Shown here in pieces: positions 12,992 to 28,109 of a stretch of 64,000 nt of DNA. The stretch comes from Phoronis australis (lineage: Eukaryota > Animalia > Phoronida): NCBI GenBank assembly GCA_002633005.1, contig NMRA01000025.1, positions 255,757 to 319,756 on the forward strand. The letters run 5' to 3'. The position numbers and the translations under genes were made by a program. Within the stretch, counting starts at the first letter, position 1, and each line of letters opens with the position of its first letter. The notes under the pieces are model-generated. The model did not search any database, was not told the origin of the DNA, and saw only the letters and a program-made list of their open reading frames with translations.

Positions 12992-15063
12992 TCGAAAATT
13001 GTTGCAAAAATATACAACACTTGCTGTGAGATCTATCTTCTTTTTACATAAACATTTTGTTGTATGTCATCCCAGTTATAAGCATTTTGTACAATACAAT
13101 CAACTAATCACATGAAGTTCAAGTCAATAGTTCTGCACTGCACAACTATAAACATAGCACGATTTTCGGTTTCCATTTTCTTCATATTGCATCCTCTTTA
13201 CGACAAGCTTTACAACACAGAGCATCATCTTTTGGTGGCATTTTAAACTTGACTTTATGAACGTGCAGTGCACAAAAAGTTTAAGTCTACAACTACCGGT
13301 ACTTCACTTTTGCAAACCTATTTTCACATTCTTTGGACCACGAAGTTTTGTTTCATCACAGCCACAAATCTTCAGACAAGGAACCTGTTTTTTTTCTCTA
13401 ATTTTGCAAACCGTCATATTGGTTTTAGCACAAAGATGACAAGTGAACATTGCAGATCAACTGTAATTTTGAGTTCAGTACTAAGTAGTCAAGTATTGTC
13501 ACTACTTTTGAAGTACAGGAATCACTTCTACTTATAATTCTGATAGGAAGCAAGGCAATACTAATTTTGAACCTGTAAGCAGTCCAAGTAATTTTAAAGC
13601 CGTAAGCTGTATACACTCCAAATTTGGTGCTTTGAATCTTACAATGTTGAGAATGAGTGCTCTATATCCATACAGCACAACCTCACATAAAAACAGCCGA
13701 GGTTTTTCAAAAATACAAATTAACAAAAACCAAACAACAAAAATTTAGAGTATCACATTTCACATTGTAGCATGAGAATGCAATGCAACAGAACACATAA
13801 TCTCAACGTAACAATGGTAATAAAAATAAATACTTTGTTAGATTAAGCCCAACAGTACGCCTCATCCAGAAACATCTGAACAACATAATGTACAGTCACC
13901 TGCATGAAAATGACAAAACCACTCGTCTAAAATCATTGAAATTTTGCAGCAATTATTTCTCAGATTTAATTTTTATTGATCAACTGTGAATGATTTTTTG
14001 TTTTTCCCCAATTTTCACAGCAATCTCCACAAACCTTGGCCACTCCCAGTATATTTTGTCAATTATTCAAAAATTTAAATGTGATATGAAGTATTGCACC
14101 ACAGCAATGTGGAACTCGATGTTCACTAGGTGGCGCTAATAAATAAAGGGCCCTCTTTTTGACAGACTGAGAGTAGAAAGCAGCATAAGGTGCTCACGTC
14201 ATAAGGGAGCCATGTTTTACCTGAATGACGGCATTTCTGTGGAAAGGTGCCTTGCTTCACTAGCAAAACCAAGTGAATTTTGAGTTCCCCATGGCGATAT
14301 GAAAAAGACACAAATATACCCATTACTGATGTATTGATTTTCCATTTCAAATACAGTAAAAGTTCTCTAGTTTGGGAGAGTGAAAAAAATATTTTGCCCA
14401 AGGTTGTACCTTGTACCAAATTTTAGAAACAGGCAATACCAGCTGTCCCAAATTCAAGAATTACCATCAAGGACAAACCGTCATTCACCTTGATGTTAAA
14501 CATTACAGGAACACATGAAAATGTTGAACACACAAATCTATTTTCTGACTTCGTTGATACAAAACGCAGCGTTCGATACTTGAGAAATATCTTGAATGCC
14601 AAAATCACACGTCCCAATCTTCAGAATCTAGAAAATTCAATTTCAGCTTTAATTTTGGTGTCCCAAATTTTAGAAAGTGTCCCAAACTTGAAAATTATTA
14701 CTGCATGTTCTCTTTCTTAGCAGTTTTGTTTGAAACCAGACCTTCGAAATTACATATCAGTCAGTGGTGTGAACTGCCCTCTTCCCCAACTGATTGAGAG
14801 TCATACTGCATTAAGTGTGGTCACCTACCCAGGACAAACTATTGTGAAATACGGTCAGTTCGTTCAAAGTGTGAAAATCATTTTTCACCAATTTTTATTG
14901 ATAAGATATCAAATGAAAAATTTGGAAATGGCCAAGAACGGTGTCTAACATCTTAAAAACTTCAAAAAATAGTATTCTGCTGTAAAGTAACAATTAATTT
15001 TGTTACCGTGAAACAAATACAATAAGTGTCACAATAGTTCCACGAACGAGACAGGATTCATAC

Positions 15064-15185
15064 TCAGTTCGTGCCTTGTGGTGAAGTCAACTGATAAAGG
15101 TCTGTTGCTTGCCTCATTGCATAGTCCACACCCTCACACACACTGACCCATTCCTTTGGTATGCACTCAACTCCTAAGTGGGCAC
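15064..15185 (-). CDS. ADPRS: ARH3 exon 9, terminal (GAHLGVECIPKEWVSVCEGVDYAMRQATDLYQLTSPQGTN*)
   Basis: Acceptor catgcag|; G..G...P..W...CEG matches the ARH3 C-terminus; TGA at 15066-15064. Confidence 0.92.
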
Positions 15186-18100
15186 CTGCATGAGAGAATG
15201 AACTTATGCAGAAAAAGACAAATGCTGAAATGTGTATACAAATCTAACATTTAAAGCAACAAAATCTGCTTTAATATAGTTAAATTATGGGACATCAAGA
15301 TTTGTACATCACTTGTGAACTGGTTGCTTTAACTTGCATGTAAGTTAAGAGAAAGAATTTTGTACGATTGTATTTAATTTTCAAAAGATACAACAACAGT
15401 TTTTTAACTAAAAGACAAAAAATAATTTCTGCCAGGTACAATGTCATCAACAAAGTGTTGTTGCAGAATCTAGTATGAGTGAACGAATGAACAAATTTAT
15501 CCAGCTTCAATGTGGCTTGCTTCACCGCAAGCAGCCTAAAATAACTAATAGCATAAGTGACACTTTCTCTTGGTCTCGATAACACGCCCGTTTATTTACA
15601 TGTAAAAATTCACAGTTATGTCAGGGCTGTTCCAGCAAAATCTGTATGGGAGGGGGGGGAAGGCACTTTTATTTCATACCCACCGCCCGTATTTTTCATT
15701 TATTTCTCCAACCCATGACCCATAATTTTTTAATTATTTTTAATAGGTTAAAATATAAAATCCAACACTTGCAAACAAATTGCCTCCAGGAGGACCTATT
15801 AAGAACTTATATGACTGACAGACAAGAACTAGTTGTCTTGTCCAATATTGTCAAAAACTAAAGTAGCCTGTGAGCAATACTTTTGGCAGCCACCAGGTGT
15901 CTCTGTTCACCATGTGTCTATAATTTCAATGAACATTTTTTTCATTTATAAGGATCTATGAATCTCAAACTGTCTCCACGAACTCTTCTACACTTCTATG
16001 TCAAGTGAATATTGGAACTTGTTTATCTTACTCCTCATACTTTTTATTTAAAAATCATCAATTTTCTTATATGTGTTAACACCAGTTCAGTGTTGCATAA
16101 CTTTTCAATTCAATAGGACTGCAGACAAACAGTTGGCTCAAATCGAGTTGCCCATGACTTGATTAATGGCTTAGTGAACATATTGCACTCTGTTCACTGG
16201 CAATATGGGCTTTTTTGTATTTGGATAAGTTAGGACAATTGCATTTATTTTTGAGTTTTTACCCTGAAGTAACCAACCTATCAACATTAACAGGTCAAAA
16301 AATACCACCCATTTTTAATGCATCACTTATTACAGGAACGACCACCCATAATTTGAGTTTTTTTCTGAATACCACCACCCATGAATTTTTATTTCTACTG
16401 CCGTCCCCCCCTCCCACACGGATTTTACTGGAACAGCCCTCATCAGTTTTAAGCTGCTGTTTTCGCTTAATGCGTCACCCAAAAGCTGAATCTGTCCTGA
16501 CATTTGCATGAAAAATTAGTCACATCAGTCGCCACAAAAGGAAAAATCTTGCGAAAAACAGTATAACTTCACATATAGGTATGTACAAGGAGAGGCGAAT
16601 GATACAGTAAAAACCATTTACAGTAAAAATTCTCCAATTTGGCACAGTCTCTTGAATTTGGGACATAGAAATTCACGCAAAAATTGGATTTTGGAACAAG
16701 GGTGGTTTTGGCATTCACCATACTTCAGACAGTGTTTTCAATTTACAGAGTCTGAAAATGGACTTGAAAGTAAATTTGTTTTACCAACACAAAATTGCGT
16801 AAGTTGATCGCTTTTAACTATCATTAAAAGAACACTGTTTTATGACCAAACCTTATGTCTCGTGATTCACCATGTGTGGTTAAAACAATCGGTACCGATC
16901 ACAGATCTTATCATCGACTTAACTGTTGCAATTGCTTGTGATTACACTTTCAATTCACACAAAGTTGGCAATGTTTACGACTGGTGCTGATATATACAAA
17001 GTATAACTGCAAAATTGAAACATGTATTGTCTGTATGCTACCAATTCGATTCCATGGGTAATTTTGATGGACAAGTGAAATTATTTTTCTCGTTTTTTTC
17101 ATAAACAATACGTAGCATCAAATTAATGTTTTAACAAGTTCTGCACCATAATTACAATAAGAAAATATTTTGAAAAACTGCGGACATTCACAACAACGTT
17201 AAAGAACCGTGGAAATTAATGAAAGGGTAATAATATTTTGGCAATTACTTTTGTTCGAAATCGGTGATATTTTGCCATATGTATTTAGGACACCATGACA
17301 CTGACCTGCTATTGCCCCAGCCATGGAGGCAATCGTGTCTGTATCTCCACCAAGTGAGATGGCATAACCAATGGTTCGCTCAAATGGACTAGTCAACTGA
17401 AACAGAGCAAGGGAATTACCAACGACCTGGTAACTTATTTAAAAAACTTCCGAAAACTTTCCCAACTCTGCAAACCATCCAAATGACTTTATGCCTGAGA
17501 ATATCTGGATTCCAAACCATAGACAGACATCCACACCTGAACCACTGAATCAAGCAATGGACAGCAAAATCAAGACTTTTAAACACAGAATCATTCGTCT
17601 GAACATTAAAAAATTCTTCTGAACACTAAGAGTCTATTTCATCTGGAACACTTCGAGCATTTCCATAGCCTCAAACTAATTCTTCGAAGGTGTTTCATAT
17701 CTGCACATGTGTGACCTTCAATCTTAACCTGCAAGTCATGTGACTCTCAAAATGGAGAATGCTGTAGAATGTGTCAGCGTATCCCTATGAGAACACCAGG
17801 AGACAAACTAGGGATTGAATTTTGGAAATTTGGAAATGAATTTTGATGTGTACTAGGCTGATGCCATGATTTTAACCCTTTCTTGACCAAATCCCTAGCT
17901 ACTGTGATTGAAGATCACTCATGTGCAGATTTGAAACACATCCGAGGGAATGCTTGAAGCAACAAAAATATCTGATGTGTTCCTCATGAGTCAACCACAC
18001 AATGTTCGCTGCATTTGAAATGCAGATTCTCCACTTGGCACCTGAAATAGATTATTTAAGTGTGGCAAATAGTTCAGTGCTTGAAAAGTATACTCATCTG

Positions 18101-21100
18101 ATATCAGATATCAGATAGTTCACACATAGATAGTTTAAACAGTACTGTTAGACACACAGAAATATGACCACATAACTAGTAATTAACAATTGATGGGAAA
18201 CTTTAAAATTTATGATTCATGGCCGATTTTGGATCGGTTTTGAGTCACATTGTCACTAAACACTGACAAGGATGTTTACTGAGAGGCAATGAGACCGGAT
18301 CAAAAGACAGACACTATATTTCTCTGGCAAATAACAGAGGAAACTGTCTTATGCTATGAGACCATGACGTGCAGCATGCAATTGAGTTTTCGGCAATACC
18401 AGAAGAAAAATTGCATGCGGCTGAGGAAATTTCGCCTCAAGTGATTTCTTTTACATTTTAGCAAGACCACAGAACCAATTTTAATGGTCTGGAATCAGTT
18501 AAATTTAGGTTTGTTTCTTTAGTGACTAAGTACCAACATAGAAAATTTCATTCGATTTGAAAATATTGATGAGCGAACAAAAGTCACATGCATACACGCC
18601 ATGAAGTTATTGGCAGATTAACTTTGTGGGACAGATTGACAAATACGTAATTGGTGTTCGTTTATGGGAATAAATGCTACCAAATGTTCATCATTTTTGT
18701 TAATTAGTATTCAAAATTTCTCACTTTGGGGCTAACCATAGCAAGCATGCCAATGGTCTTAACCAAAAAGTTGAATTTCCGCATGAAGAGTAAATGCAGC
18801 TAGGAAAGTTGCTAATGAAATCAGTTGGAAAAAATAAGATTAAATTTCACCAATCAGTAGAACTCACCAACTCCATGTCTTCAACGGGATGCGTTGATCG
18901 CAAGAATGCATAGATGGCAGTAGGGACAGAACCGATTGCAGAAATGTAATTGCCTGGGAAGTTAAAGACAGGATATGAGACAATGACAGGATACCTTCAT
19001 GATTCCATAAATTCTCATCTACGTGAAATTAGGAAGAACAAACTAAGATTCCACGACAACCTTGATCAATCATTGCCTAATAAAATTAAATCCAATGATG
19101 AATAAAACCTGGAGACAGAGGTAAAACTAAAGGCAATATAGGGGAAATGGTGTACGTGTCACCCCCAAGTGGGATGGCATGACCAATGATCCTCTCAAAT
19201 GTACTAGTCAGTTGAATAGGAGCAAGGAAGTAAGGAAATGCTTCAGTGAGGGCTGATGTCCCTATACCCAGAATATGCAAGGCCAACGAGATTGCCATTA
19301 TGTTGAAATTATACAAAAATTTTAAAATGGTCTCAACATGAACATGGAACACATGAATTATTATACTTGATTTCCATTTCCAATCCCCTTATTTTTCATT
19401 TCATCTGCCTTTTATCAAATTTACCCATGCCTGTCTGTAACGATCATTGTCTTTTCTCATACGTCAGAAGAGCCGCATACCAGCTCAGAAGCAACGGATA
19501 ATATATATTTTATACTGCTCGTGACATTTGGTGAGTAAAGGTGCCCTTTGCACCCTATTCTATTTGATCCAGTGGTAAGAGATGACAAGCAGTAATAAGT
19601 GCAGACAGACGATGAATCACAGACAAGACACCTTAAACATAAGTCTTACTCAAAGATATTTTCAATGAGGGATTGTTCATAATTGTAGTATTTTAAGGCT
19701 GTTTACAGAACATTGTTTTCAGCCAATCATTATTCATGATTATCAGCATTTTCAAAAGCAAACTAAGTGAGAAGGGGTTACACGCCCATGTACACAAAAA
19801 ACATCAGTGGAAATCATCAACAGAAAGACTGTACAAGAGCAACGCAGAGCGTTGAAATGCGCCCACAATTGCACCGCATACGGTATCCTTCTAGGGTTGT
19901 TTATTGGTACCACAAAGTGGCCAGTAGAGAGCATATATGTAGTATGTTGTACTTAGCAAAATGGAAAGGCATGGTCATTGTCTCCTCAATAGGCTAGGGG
20001 CAAAATGTGAGTAATCTTCATAATACAAGCACATCCTATACACCAGTTGCTTAAAGCACCACAGAAACATAGAATAAAAACAAATTTACCAACATACGAG
20101 ATTAGCATAGCATTAGAATGCCAGAAACAAATTTCTACTTGGAACTTTTCCTTCATAGTCACGAAGTAACACAAAGTATACACCTGAAGACCTATGAAAA
20201 TACAGAGGTCAATGTAAAATACTATAAATTGCCACTAGAGGCAAATACTAAAATTGCCACTAGAGGCATACCGGTAGTCAGAATCATCCTAAAGTCGTCA
20301 TCGTCCGTTGTCAACATCACATCAATACACTTGCTAAATTTAGTAAAGATCCTGCAAACGGTTTGGGAGATACAACNNNNNNNNNNNNNNNNNNNNNNNN
20401 NNNNNNNNNNNNNNNNNNNNNNNNNNNNNNNNNNNNNNNNNNNNNNNNNNNNNNNNNNNNNNNNNNNNNNNNNNNNNNNNNNNNNNNNNNNNNNNNNNNN
20501 NNNNNNNNNNNNNNNNNNNNNNNNNNNNNNNNNNNNNNNNNNNNNNNNNNNNNNNNNNNNNNNNNNNNNNNNNNNNNNNNNNNNNNNNNNNNNNNNNNNN
20601 NNNNNNNNNNNNNNNNNNNNNNNNNNNNNNNNNNNNNNNNNNNNNNNNNNNNNNNNNNNNNNNNNNNNNNNNNNNNNNNNNNNAAAATCCGTTCAGGACT
20701 TTTGAAGATACAAAGGTAAGCGTAAAAAACTAAAATTGCCACTAGGGGGCACACCGGTAGTCGGATCCGTCCGAAAGTTCGCACATGCCGTCCCATTCAT
20801 GAATGGAACATATGTGCCAAATTTCATGAACGTATGTCAAAGGGTTTTGGAGATAGAGCAGCGGACGCCGGACGCCAGACGCCGGACGCCGCCCGGACGG
20901 ACGGACGGACGGAGATGACGGCATAATGCGTCCACATATAAATATGTGGGCGCATAAAAATCAACATTTTAAAGTACTTTTCTAGAGACATGAGGATCTG
21001 CCAAAAAATTAGCTTGTAAAATTTAAAAAAATTTGATAATAAAAATCGTTTTATAAAAGGAACTTAACTTAAAGCTGCACTTTGCTGTGCTTGACTGGCT

Positions 21101-24100
21101 TGAAAACAAAATTCAAACTAGGTTTTTTGCTTTCATGAAATCGGTCGCATAATATTCCTTACCATGACAGGATTCTATTTCCATTACCAAGAAGAGCATT
21201 AGAGTCATCAGCAACTCTTGTAAATAGAATCTTAACTTAGTGTCCTCCACAACCTGTTTTGACTCATCACTGCGCTGAGTTTGAATTTTGCTGTGACAAG
21301 TTTGGCTTACTTGTGTTGAGTTTGGAAACTTGTGCAAAGAATTTAAAGCATTGGGAGATCAGGAATTTCCAAAACAAATTCAGACATTTTGTATTTTTGG
21401 CAATTTTTCAATGCATTTATTCCAAGACTTAACACACATACTCCACACGGTATGGATATGGATTTTCGAACATGTACATGAATTTTGTTATTTCAGTCAA
21501 GTTTGAATTTTCTGTTGTGGAGAACACTGATTACAGTAAGAGATATCATGAAAACAATTTCATGAGAGCAAGACCTAATTGGATTTTCATTTTTAGCTAG
21601 CGCTAAAGTGCAAAATACAGTTTTAAAAAGAATGACGATTTCAGTACCTAAACGTCCCACAACATCCTGAGAAGAGGGTCTTTGATCACATTGTAAGTAG
21701 GACTTGATCACTTGTAACTTGTCTGTGTACGTCTGAGGCCCACTTTGTCTGAAACAACACTCATGAGCTCATTTCTCATTGTAGCAACATTTTAATAAAG
21801 ACAGTAGCCATAACAATGCTACAAAACCTGATTTAGCATTTTCAAAAACAGTTAAATCCACTTTAGAAAAAATGTCATTACATTTTATTCCTGTTTAGTA
21901 ACTAACAAAACAATTCTCAAATTCCATCAAAAAGAATATACGAATACTTGAACATGTTGACTGCACACCAATAGGCGATAGGGCTAGGTCCAGGTGATAT
22001 ATTTGATCAATTATATTTTAAAATTTTTGTAAGTGAAAAAACAAAAATACTAGAATTCTTGTATCTACTAGTGAATAGTGTGAATTCCACTAGAAACGTT
22101 TTATTTCACGAAAGGGTGAAATTTGTTGAATTTCTTCTGTTTTCCAGCTGTTGCATTAATGAGCACACAGAAACAGCAGTAATGGCAAACTGTTGGCTTG
22201 AATCAGGAACCTGTCATCAAAATTGAATGACTATGACTTCAAACAAAATGACCAACAGTGCTCACAATAACAGAACACCTTGTGTGAGTAAATTTACTCA
22301 AAACAACCTCATGTAACTTACCCTTCACAGATTGTTGGGTCGACCCCTTCAAGAGCTGACATCTTAGCTATTAATCTGTCCACAAATGACAGTTTATCGA
22401 AGTCCTCTGGTTCATCGAGCGCCTGACGTACAGCAAGGCACTGCAAGATGGCTCCCAGAACACCGGTGGCGTTAGCATGCGTCAATTCTGTGGCCCTTCT
22501 TACTAAATACTAAAAAGAAACAATATATATTTATATATATATATCAGAACTGCAATACAACAAATACATGGACTCTAATCTCCACAAATGTTTTAAATCA
22601 CTTCCTGTGTTACTTTTGACTCTTCAAATTGCACATCTCGGGCAGCCAAGTTGAAACGTGGCATTAGTGGTCCTTGTTGCTTCGATGTGATTGGCCAGTT
22701 AGCAACTGTCAATTATGAGCATTATGACACAGTGCTTAGTAAATTTTAGGGACCTTTAGGTGTTAGAAGGTATTAGCAGCAGTGGTTGTGTAAGGGTGGT
22801 TCACGCCGCATACAGCAACTATGACACTTGACTGGATTTGACAGAGATTTGTGGGGAAAGTCATGTGACATTAAATGGAAAGACAAAATCCAGATTTTAA
22901 CCCGATTAAAGTTTATTTGTGAGGATATTTGAAACATCGTGTTTATACAAATAATCCAAACAGCACTGATGAGCTGAAGATAGAAATCACCACAAAACCA
23001 GCAACAAGTGCCTACTTGGCGAATCTAGTTGAGTAATCAACAACTTAACTTGAAGCCCACAAGTGTGAAATGGTGGACAATAGGAGCAAACTTTAAAAAC
23101 TTAAGGCAATAAGTCATAATGCATTATTTTTGTAATCTGAAAGAAGTGTCATCCACGCATATTAGTTTACTATGCACAGCTTGGTGGTGATTTCATTGGA
23201 AATGATTATTTAACGAGCAAAAACACAAACAACATTTTTGGGGTCACTCTGTGTATAAGATCCCTGTAACTTACATTCGGGAGTTTGCAAGCTTATGTAA
23301 TCAATTACTAAATGAACTGAGACTTACTTCTAACATGTACCCAAAACTAAACAAATGCCATAGAAAAGTTTTCTGAACTGCTACTCAACATTAAGTTACA
23401 GTTAGCAAGATACAGGGACATAAATTGTAAAAATCAAGAATGACATGTTGACAAAAGATTGACAAGTCAGCACTTGATTGGCAAGTTACACTAGACTGAC
23501 AATAATTTTGACTGATGTACCTCCATCTCATTGTCCATCCTACCATATGTGAAGAGCCCAGCTGGAGCAATTCTCATGGCTCCACCGTTACCATAGGAAC
23601 CACTGCCTCCAAACTGCTCTTTAGCGAAAGCAAACTCGTTGAAATCATTGCCTTTTTCGAAATGTGCCTGCAAGGTTAATGAAAATAAAGTTATTTCAAA
23701 ATTCATTTACTATGCAAAAGCATTATTTACTGTCATCAAATAAATCACATCACTTTAACGCAAATTAAAAAGGTTTTTGTGTACAACAAGAGTTAGTGTC
23801 TTTCCAAAGTGTGGAAGGTGTTTCTCCCACTGCACGGGTGGCTACCTATGAACTGCCAATAAGGGTAGATTTTTTTTGCAATTGTGGTGTTAATTTGGGT
23901 ACACTATGGCAAAAATTGGGTAATCATATGAGTCACATAACACACTTTCAACTGTTGACCATTTTTTTCTTCTTTGTTGTTCTCTTGTTATGCTTAGAAA
24001 TAACATTGGAAATGTGTGTTATCGCTGAGAACTGGTTCTCAAATTACTTGACCGAATAGCGTTTAGTATCAGCAACATACCATAGACAATGGTGCTGCCT

Positions 24101-27100
24101 TTCGCCAATGTACCATGGGATATGCTAATGTTCTCAGAACACACTGAATATCATTTTGGGATTGGAGGGTGTAACTAGTATGCACAGTGGCTCAAAATTT
24201 TGCAAACAGTTGTAAATGATGGGTGTCGTCAACACACAATAGGCCTTTTGAAATTGACATGCAAGGTCACTGAAAGCAATTCTTTTTGTGCTTTCCCATT
24301 AAGGGGAACATCGGTTTACCAAAGCTTCGCCGAAATTTCATTTATCTCTCCAACTAGACAGTGATATCGAAGTTTCGCTAGATGGTGATTCAGTCATCAG
24401 CGTAGACACCAGACGACGCAGTATATCTGGACTGTTAAACGAATATTGAGCAGTGGGTTCAAGGCTAACTGAAAATTGTTCTCCTGCCATTTATGGGTAT
24501 TTACGAAAAGGATCAGTGTCATTCTTCATCAGATATGCTGTCTATTATTTATTTACGTGCATCTATTGAGAGCATGTCTGGCTTTGCGAAAATAACAAAG
24601 AACATGTTTTGCAAGTCTCGCGTGATTGTATATCATTGCCGCCACCTCTACAGATAACTTCGACAAATCTTCGCTTTGATCGTTCTCATTACACCGAAGT
24701 TTGACTGAGTACCGCAGCTGTGCTATTAAATCCTGCTATTTTAGCAAAGTTTCACTTGCAGTATATATATGTGAGTTAACCTTTCCCTCTTATCGAAACT
24801 TCGGTAAAAGCGAAGTTTTGGCTATAATGGGAAAGCACCATTTGAGAACCCTGCTCCTAGTCATACAATAGTTCCAGTTGGACTGCATAACTGAACGCTG
24901 CAATCTAACAAAGGGTTTATGGTACGGGGTGAGAAGATAGTTGTTTTATTACCCCCTGCGTTTAGAATCTGAGTAGCTGAGCCCAGAATGTCACTTATGA
25001 AGTCCATTAATTAAACTATTGAAGGTTAAATTCTTAACAATACTACAGGTACCCAAATTTTCCTATTAATATGAGTACATTTTTCAAAGCCATGGAGACA
25101 CACCCCTGCACATCATTTCTGCAAGAACTCCCCAGGCTTTCAACTACTTATTGAACAGAAGATAAATGTAACGAGATAAACAATAGCCCACTATTAACAA
25201 AGCAAAACTACAACAAATGACAGGGTTTACAACTAACCACTGCTCCCTTCAGATAATCTTCAAAATAAGTCATAAACCTTATCCATTTTCTTGCAAATAT
25301 CTCATTTTATTATGATAGAAGATAACATAAAAAAGAAATACTCTCTTTACAGATTTATCACAGTTTAAGCGACATCAATGTTGTTATTTCATAAACTTCA
25401 CCAGTTTTGTTTTCCTTTTAAAGGTGCATTTTGCCCGTTTAGCTGGCTAAAAAATGAAAATTGCGTTAGGTATTTTACTTTCACAATATTAGTCTCATAA
25501 TATTCCTTCCGTGACACAATTTTAGTTCCATTACAAAATGAACATTGAAACGACAAGCGACTAACGAAAATCACTTCACAGTCTATTGTGGTTGGTCCAC
25601 CCTAAAATTGCAAGTTTGAAAATGGTGCATCTGTGCATTGCCTGTGACTTGAGAATCTAGCTCATTTGGCAACAATTCAAGATCAGATGAGTGTAATGTT
25701 TTCAAACCCCAAAGTGTTTTGGTTAAGAATTCAAGAATTCATTACTGATGACAAAACAGTGTTGCGAAGTGCCCCTTTATGTTACAAAACATTTATTCTT
25801 GGCAATTTTTGATAAACAAAAGACAAACCTTGGAATTAGACTACTTACTTGCTCAATAAGATTAGACTCAACTTGGAAATTATGAACTACATAAGAATGT
25901 AGAACCCACCTTGAACATTTCAAACACTGTTATGACACCTCCTCCATATCCTCGATCCGGCTCTTTAAAGTATTCTTCCTGGAACCTGAATATGGATAAC
26001 AAAACTTCCTTTAAATAAGGGTCAACAGTAAAGTGCACAAAATCAACCCGAGATACAATAACAATGAAATGAATATTAACACTGTCCACTTTAAAATGAT
26101 ATAATAAAAGATTTCTAATTTCACATGAAAATACATGTTCTCTCCAAGAGCTGAAAGTGCAATATATACAGGACAGAAAAGTCAAATAACACAGAATGAC
26201 AATGGGCTAACTGAAAAAGTCAATCTTCCACAACAATCTTGGCACAAAAGATCAGACAAACAGAAACTACGAGTTGTTTTAAAAAATGGTATTAGCCGCA
26301 GTCAACTAACCGAGAGCAAAATAATTTAAAATAAAAGTAATAGAGAGATAAAACTGTTTTGAGTATGCTATATGTAACGTGGTGAATGTGCTAACTCGTG
26401 CCACCTTTACATGTTTACCTAAAAGCTAAGTCCTTGGAATTCAAACCCTGGTTCTTGATGAGGGACTCTGCCACAGAGCGTGCCATCGCCGTGTCATCTG
26501 TGTAAGATATCTGCGACGCTCCTACGTGTCGGGACACTGTACACAAATAAAATAGAAAAGTACAGATACATAGCTGAACAGGAAGGAACCATCATAACAT
26601 GCAAGTAAATATGACTGATCCTAACAACTAAATTTCAAAAGGATGCTTTGTAATTAAGTACAACATACGTCAATTGTATCTCAGATTAATTTGCCATCAA
26701 ATTCAATTCTTCACAAATCAATGTTATTTCACTGTGGAATTCAATGCCAGATTGTCTTAAAGTCCTATGCAGCGGCATCTTTGAAAACCATTTGGTTCAT
26801 GTTTTGGGATGATCAAAAACAGTTTTATAACTTGATCCTAAAATCACTTTCAACCATCAAAAGATCTGAATGAATTGACAAGTTTCCATCGATTCTGTTT
26901 TTCATTTGTAAAAGCAATAAGCCTAATCCCAGCAGCACACATACATGTGTCATGTCAACAGAGCACGTGCTTCTTAAGTCTGTTTTTACACAGTTAACAT
27001 CATTTTCAGTTGTCACCAAATCACAAAAGATGTCCAAAACACTGAGCTAATGACGCGCTTCATGAACATACTGATTTGAAGTCTGTTAGAGACTTTTCTT

Positions 27101-28057
27101 TATTACAAAAGCAGGGACGTGATGGAAGAAAAGAACTGGATTGTTTTCACTTAAACAGCTATAACTGCAAGGTTGACTTGTCGGGTAAGCAGAGTGTGCT
27201 TTTTAACAACAGATCTCGTTAATTTGGGATTTACAGTTCATGTGAAGGAAACGTGAATAGAACAGAGGATAACCAAGATATGTTTTGAAACAACTATGAA
27301 GTAAAACATTCTAAATTTCTTTGAAACATACTTTTTGCGAAAACTGCAAGGAAAGCCAGCACACATGAGTAGCACTGCCACTGGTTTCTGAGTCTGACAT
27401 AGACAGTGCCACCATCTCGACTGGCCCATACTGAGAAGCTTTTCGGCGAATTTTGCCTCACACTGATTAAAACATCAAAGTCACGTTGCTATAAGTAACG
27501 TATTTGCCTAATAAGCGCCCATGCCCCTATAAGCGCCCCCCCACATTTTCCGACTTCGCTAAAATAAGTGCCAGGCCCATGAACCTGTGTGCATCGAAAA
27601 ATGCCTTACCTACAGTTCTAAAATTCTACAGTAACATTGTCAATTTATCAATTATATCCGACAGTCCTGAAAAAATCATTGTGCGCAGAATTTCTAAACC
27701 ACCAGCCTCGCCGCTATGCCGGTATTTAGTCATGACTGTACCCTTCAAACTTCCGCAGTGCTTCAAAAAGAACGCAGAAGTTTTGCTGATCTTGCAAGGA
27801 ACGTGTCCCACTATGGTCAGGCCTTTCAGAAAAGACGCAGCGCACTTGTTAACTGGATTGTACTGTATCTTTCCCGAATAAATCTTCTCCCTCAACAGGA
27901 ATCCAGATTTCTTTGTACACGTGAAAACCACGAATCGAAGACTAATAAAAAACTTGACCAGTTTTAAAAGCACGTGGGCAGGAAGCGTAGGCTACATACA
28001 TGTAGGCCTACTACTCTGGCAAATGAACTCTGATGACATGCATGCGGTCGCTCACTC

Positions 28058-28109
<52 letters not shown>

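Noticed and set aside
13850-13900. Alternative ADPRS last exon (catgcag|GTGACTGT.., GDCTLCCSDVSG*)
   Set aside because: It is acceptor-like and in phase, but has no similarity to the ARH3 C-terminus and is probably 3'UTR.
17199-17305. Read-through of ADPRS exon 8 to an in-frame stop (..GQCHGVLN..)
   Set aside because: A good donor at 17305 and a conserved terminal exon at 15185-15064 explain the C-terminus better.
20118-20796. ORFs of 118-195 aa
   Set aside because: They are artefacts of translating through the N gap inside a non-coding repeat.
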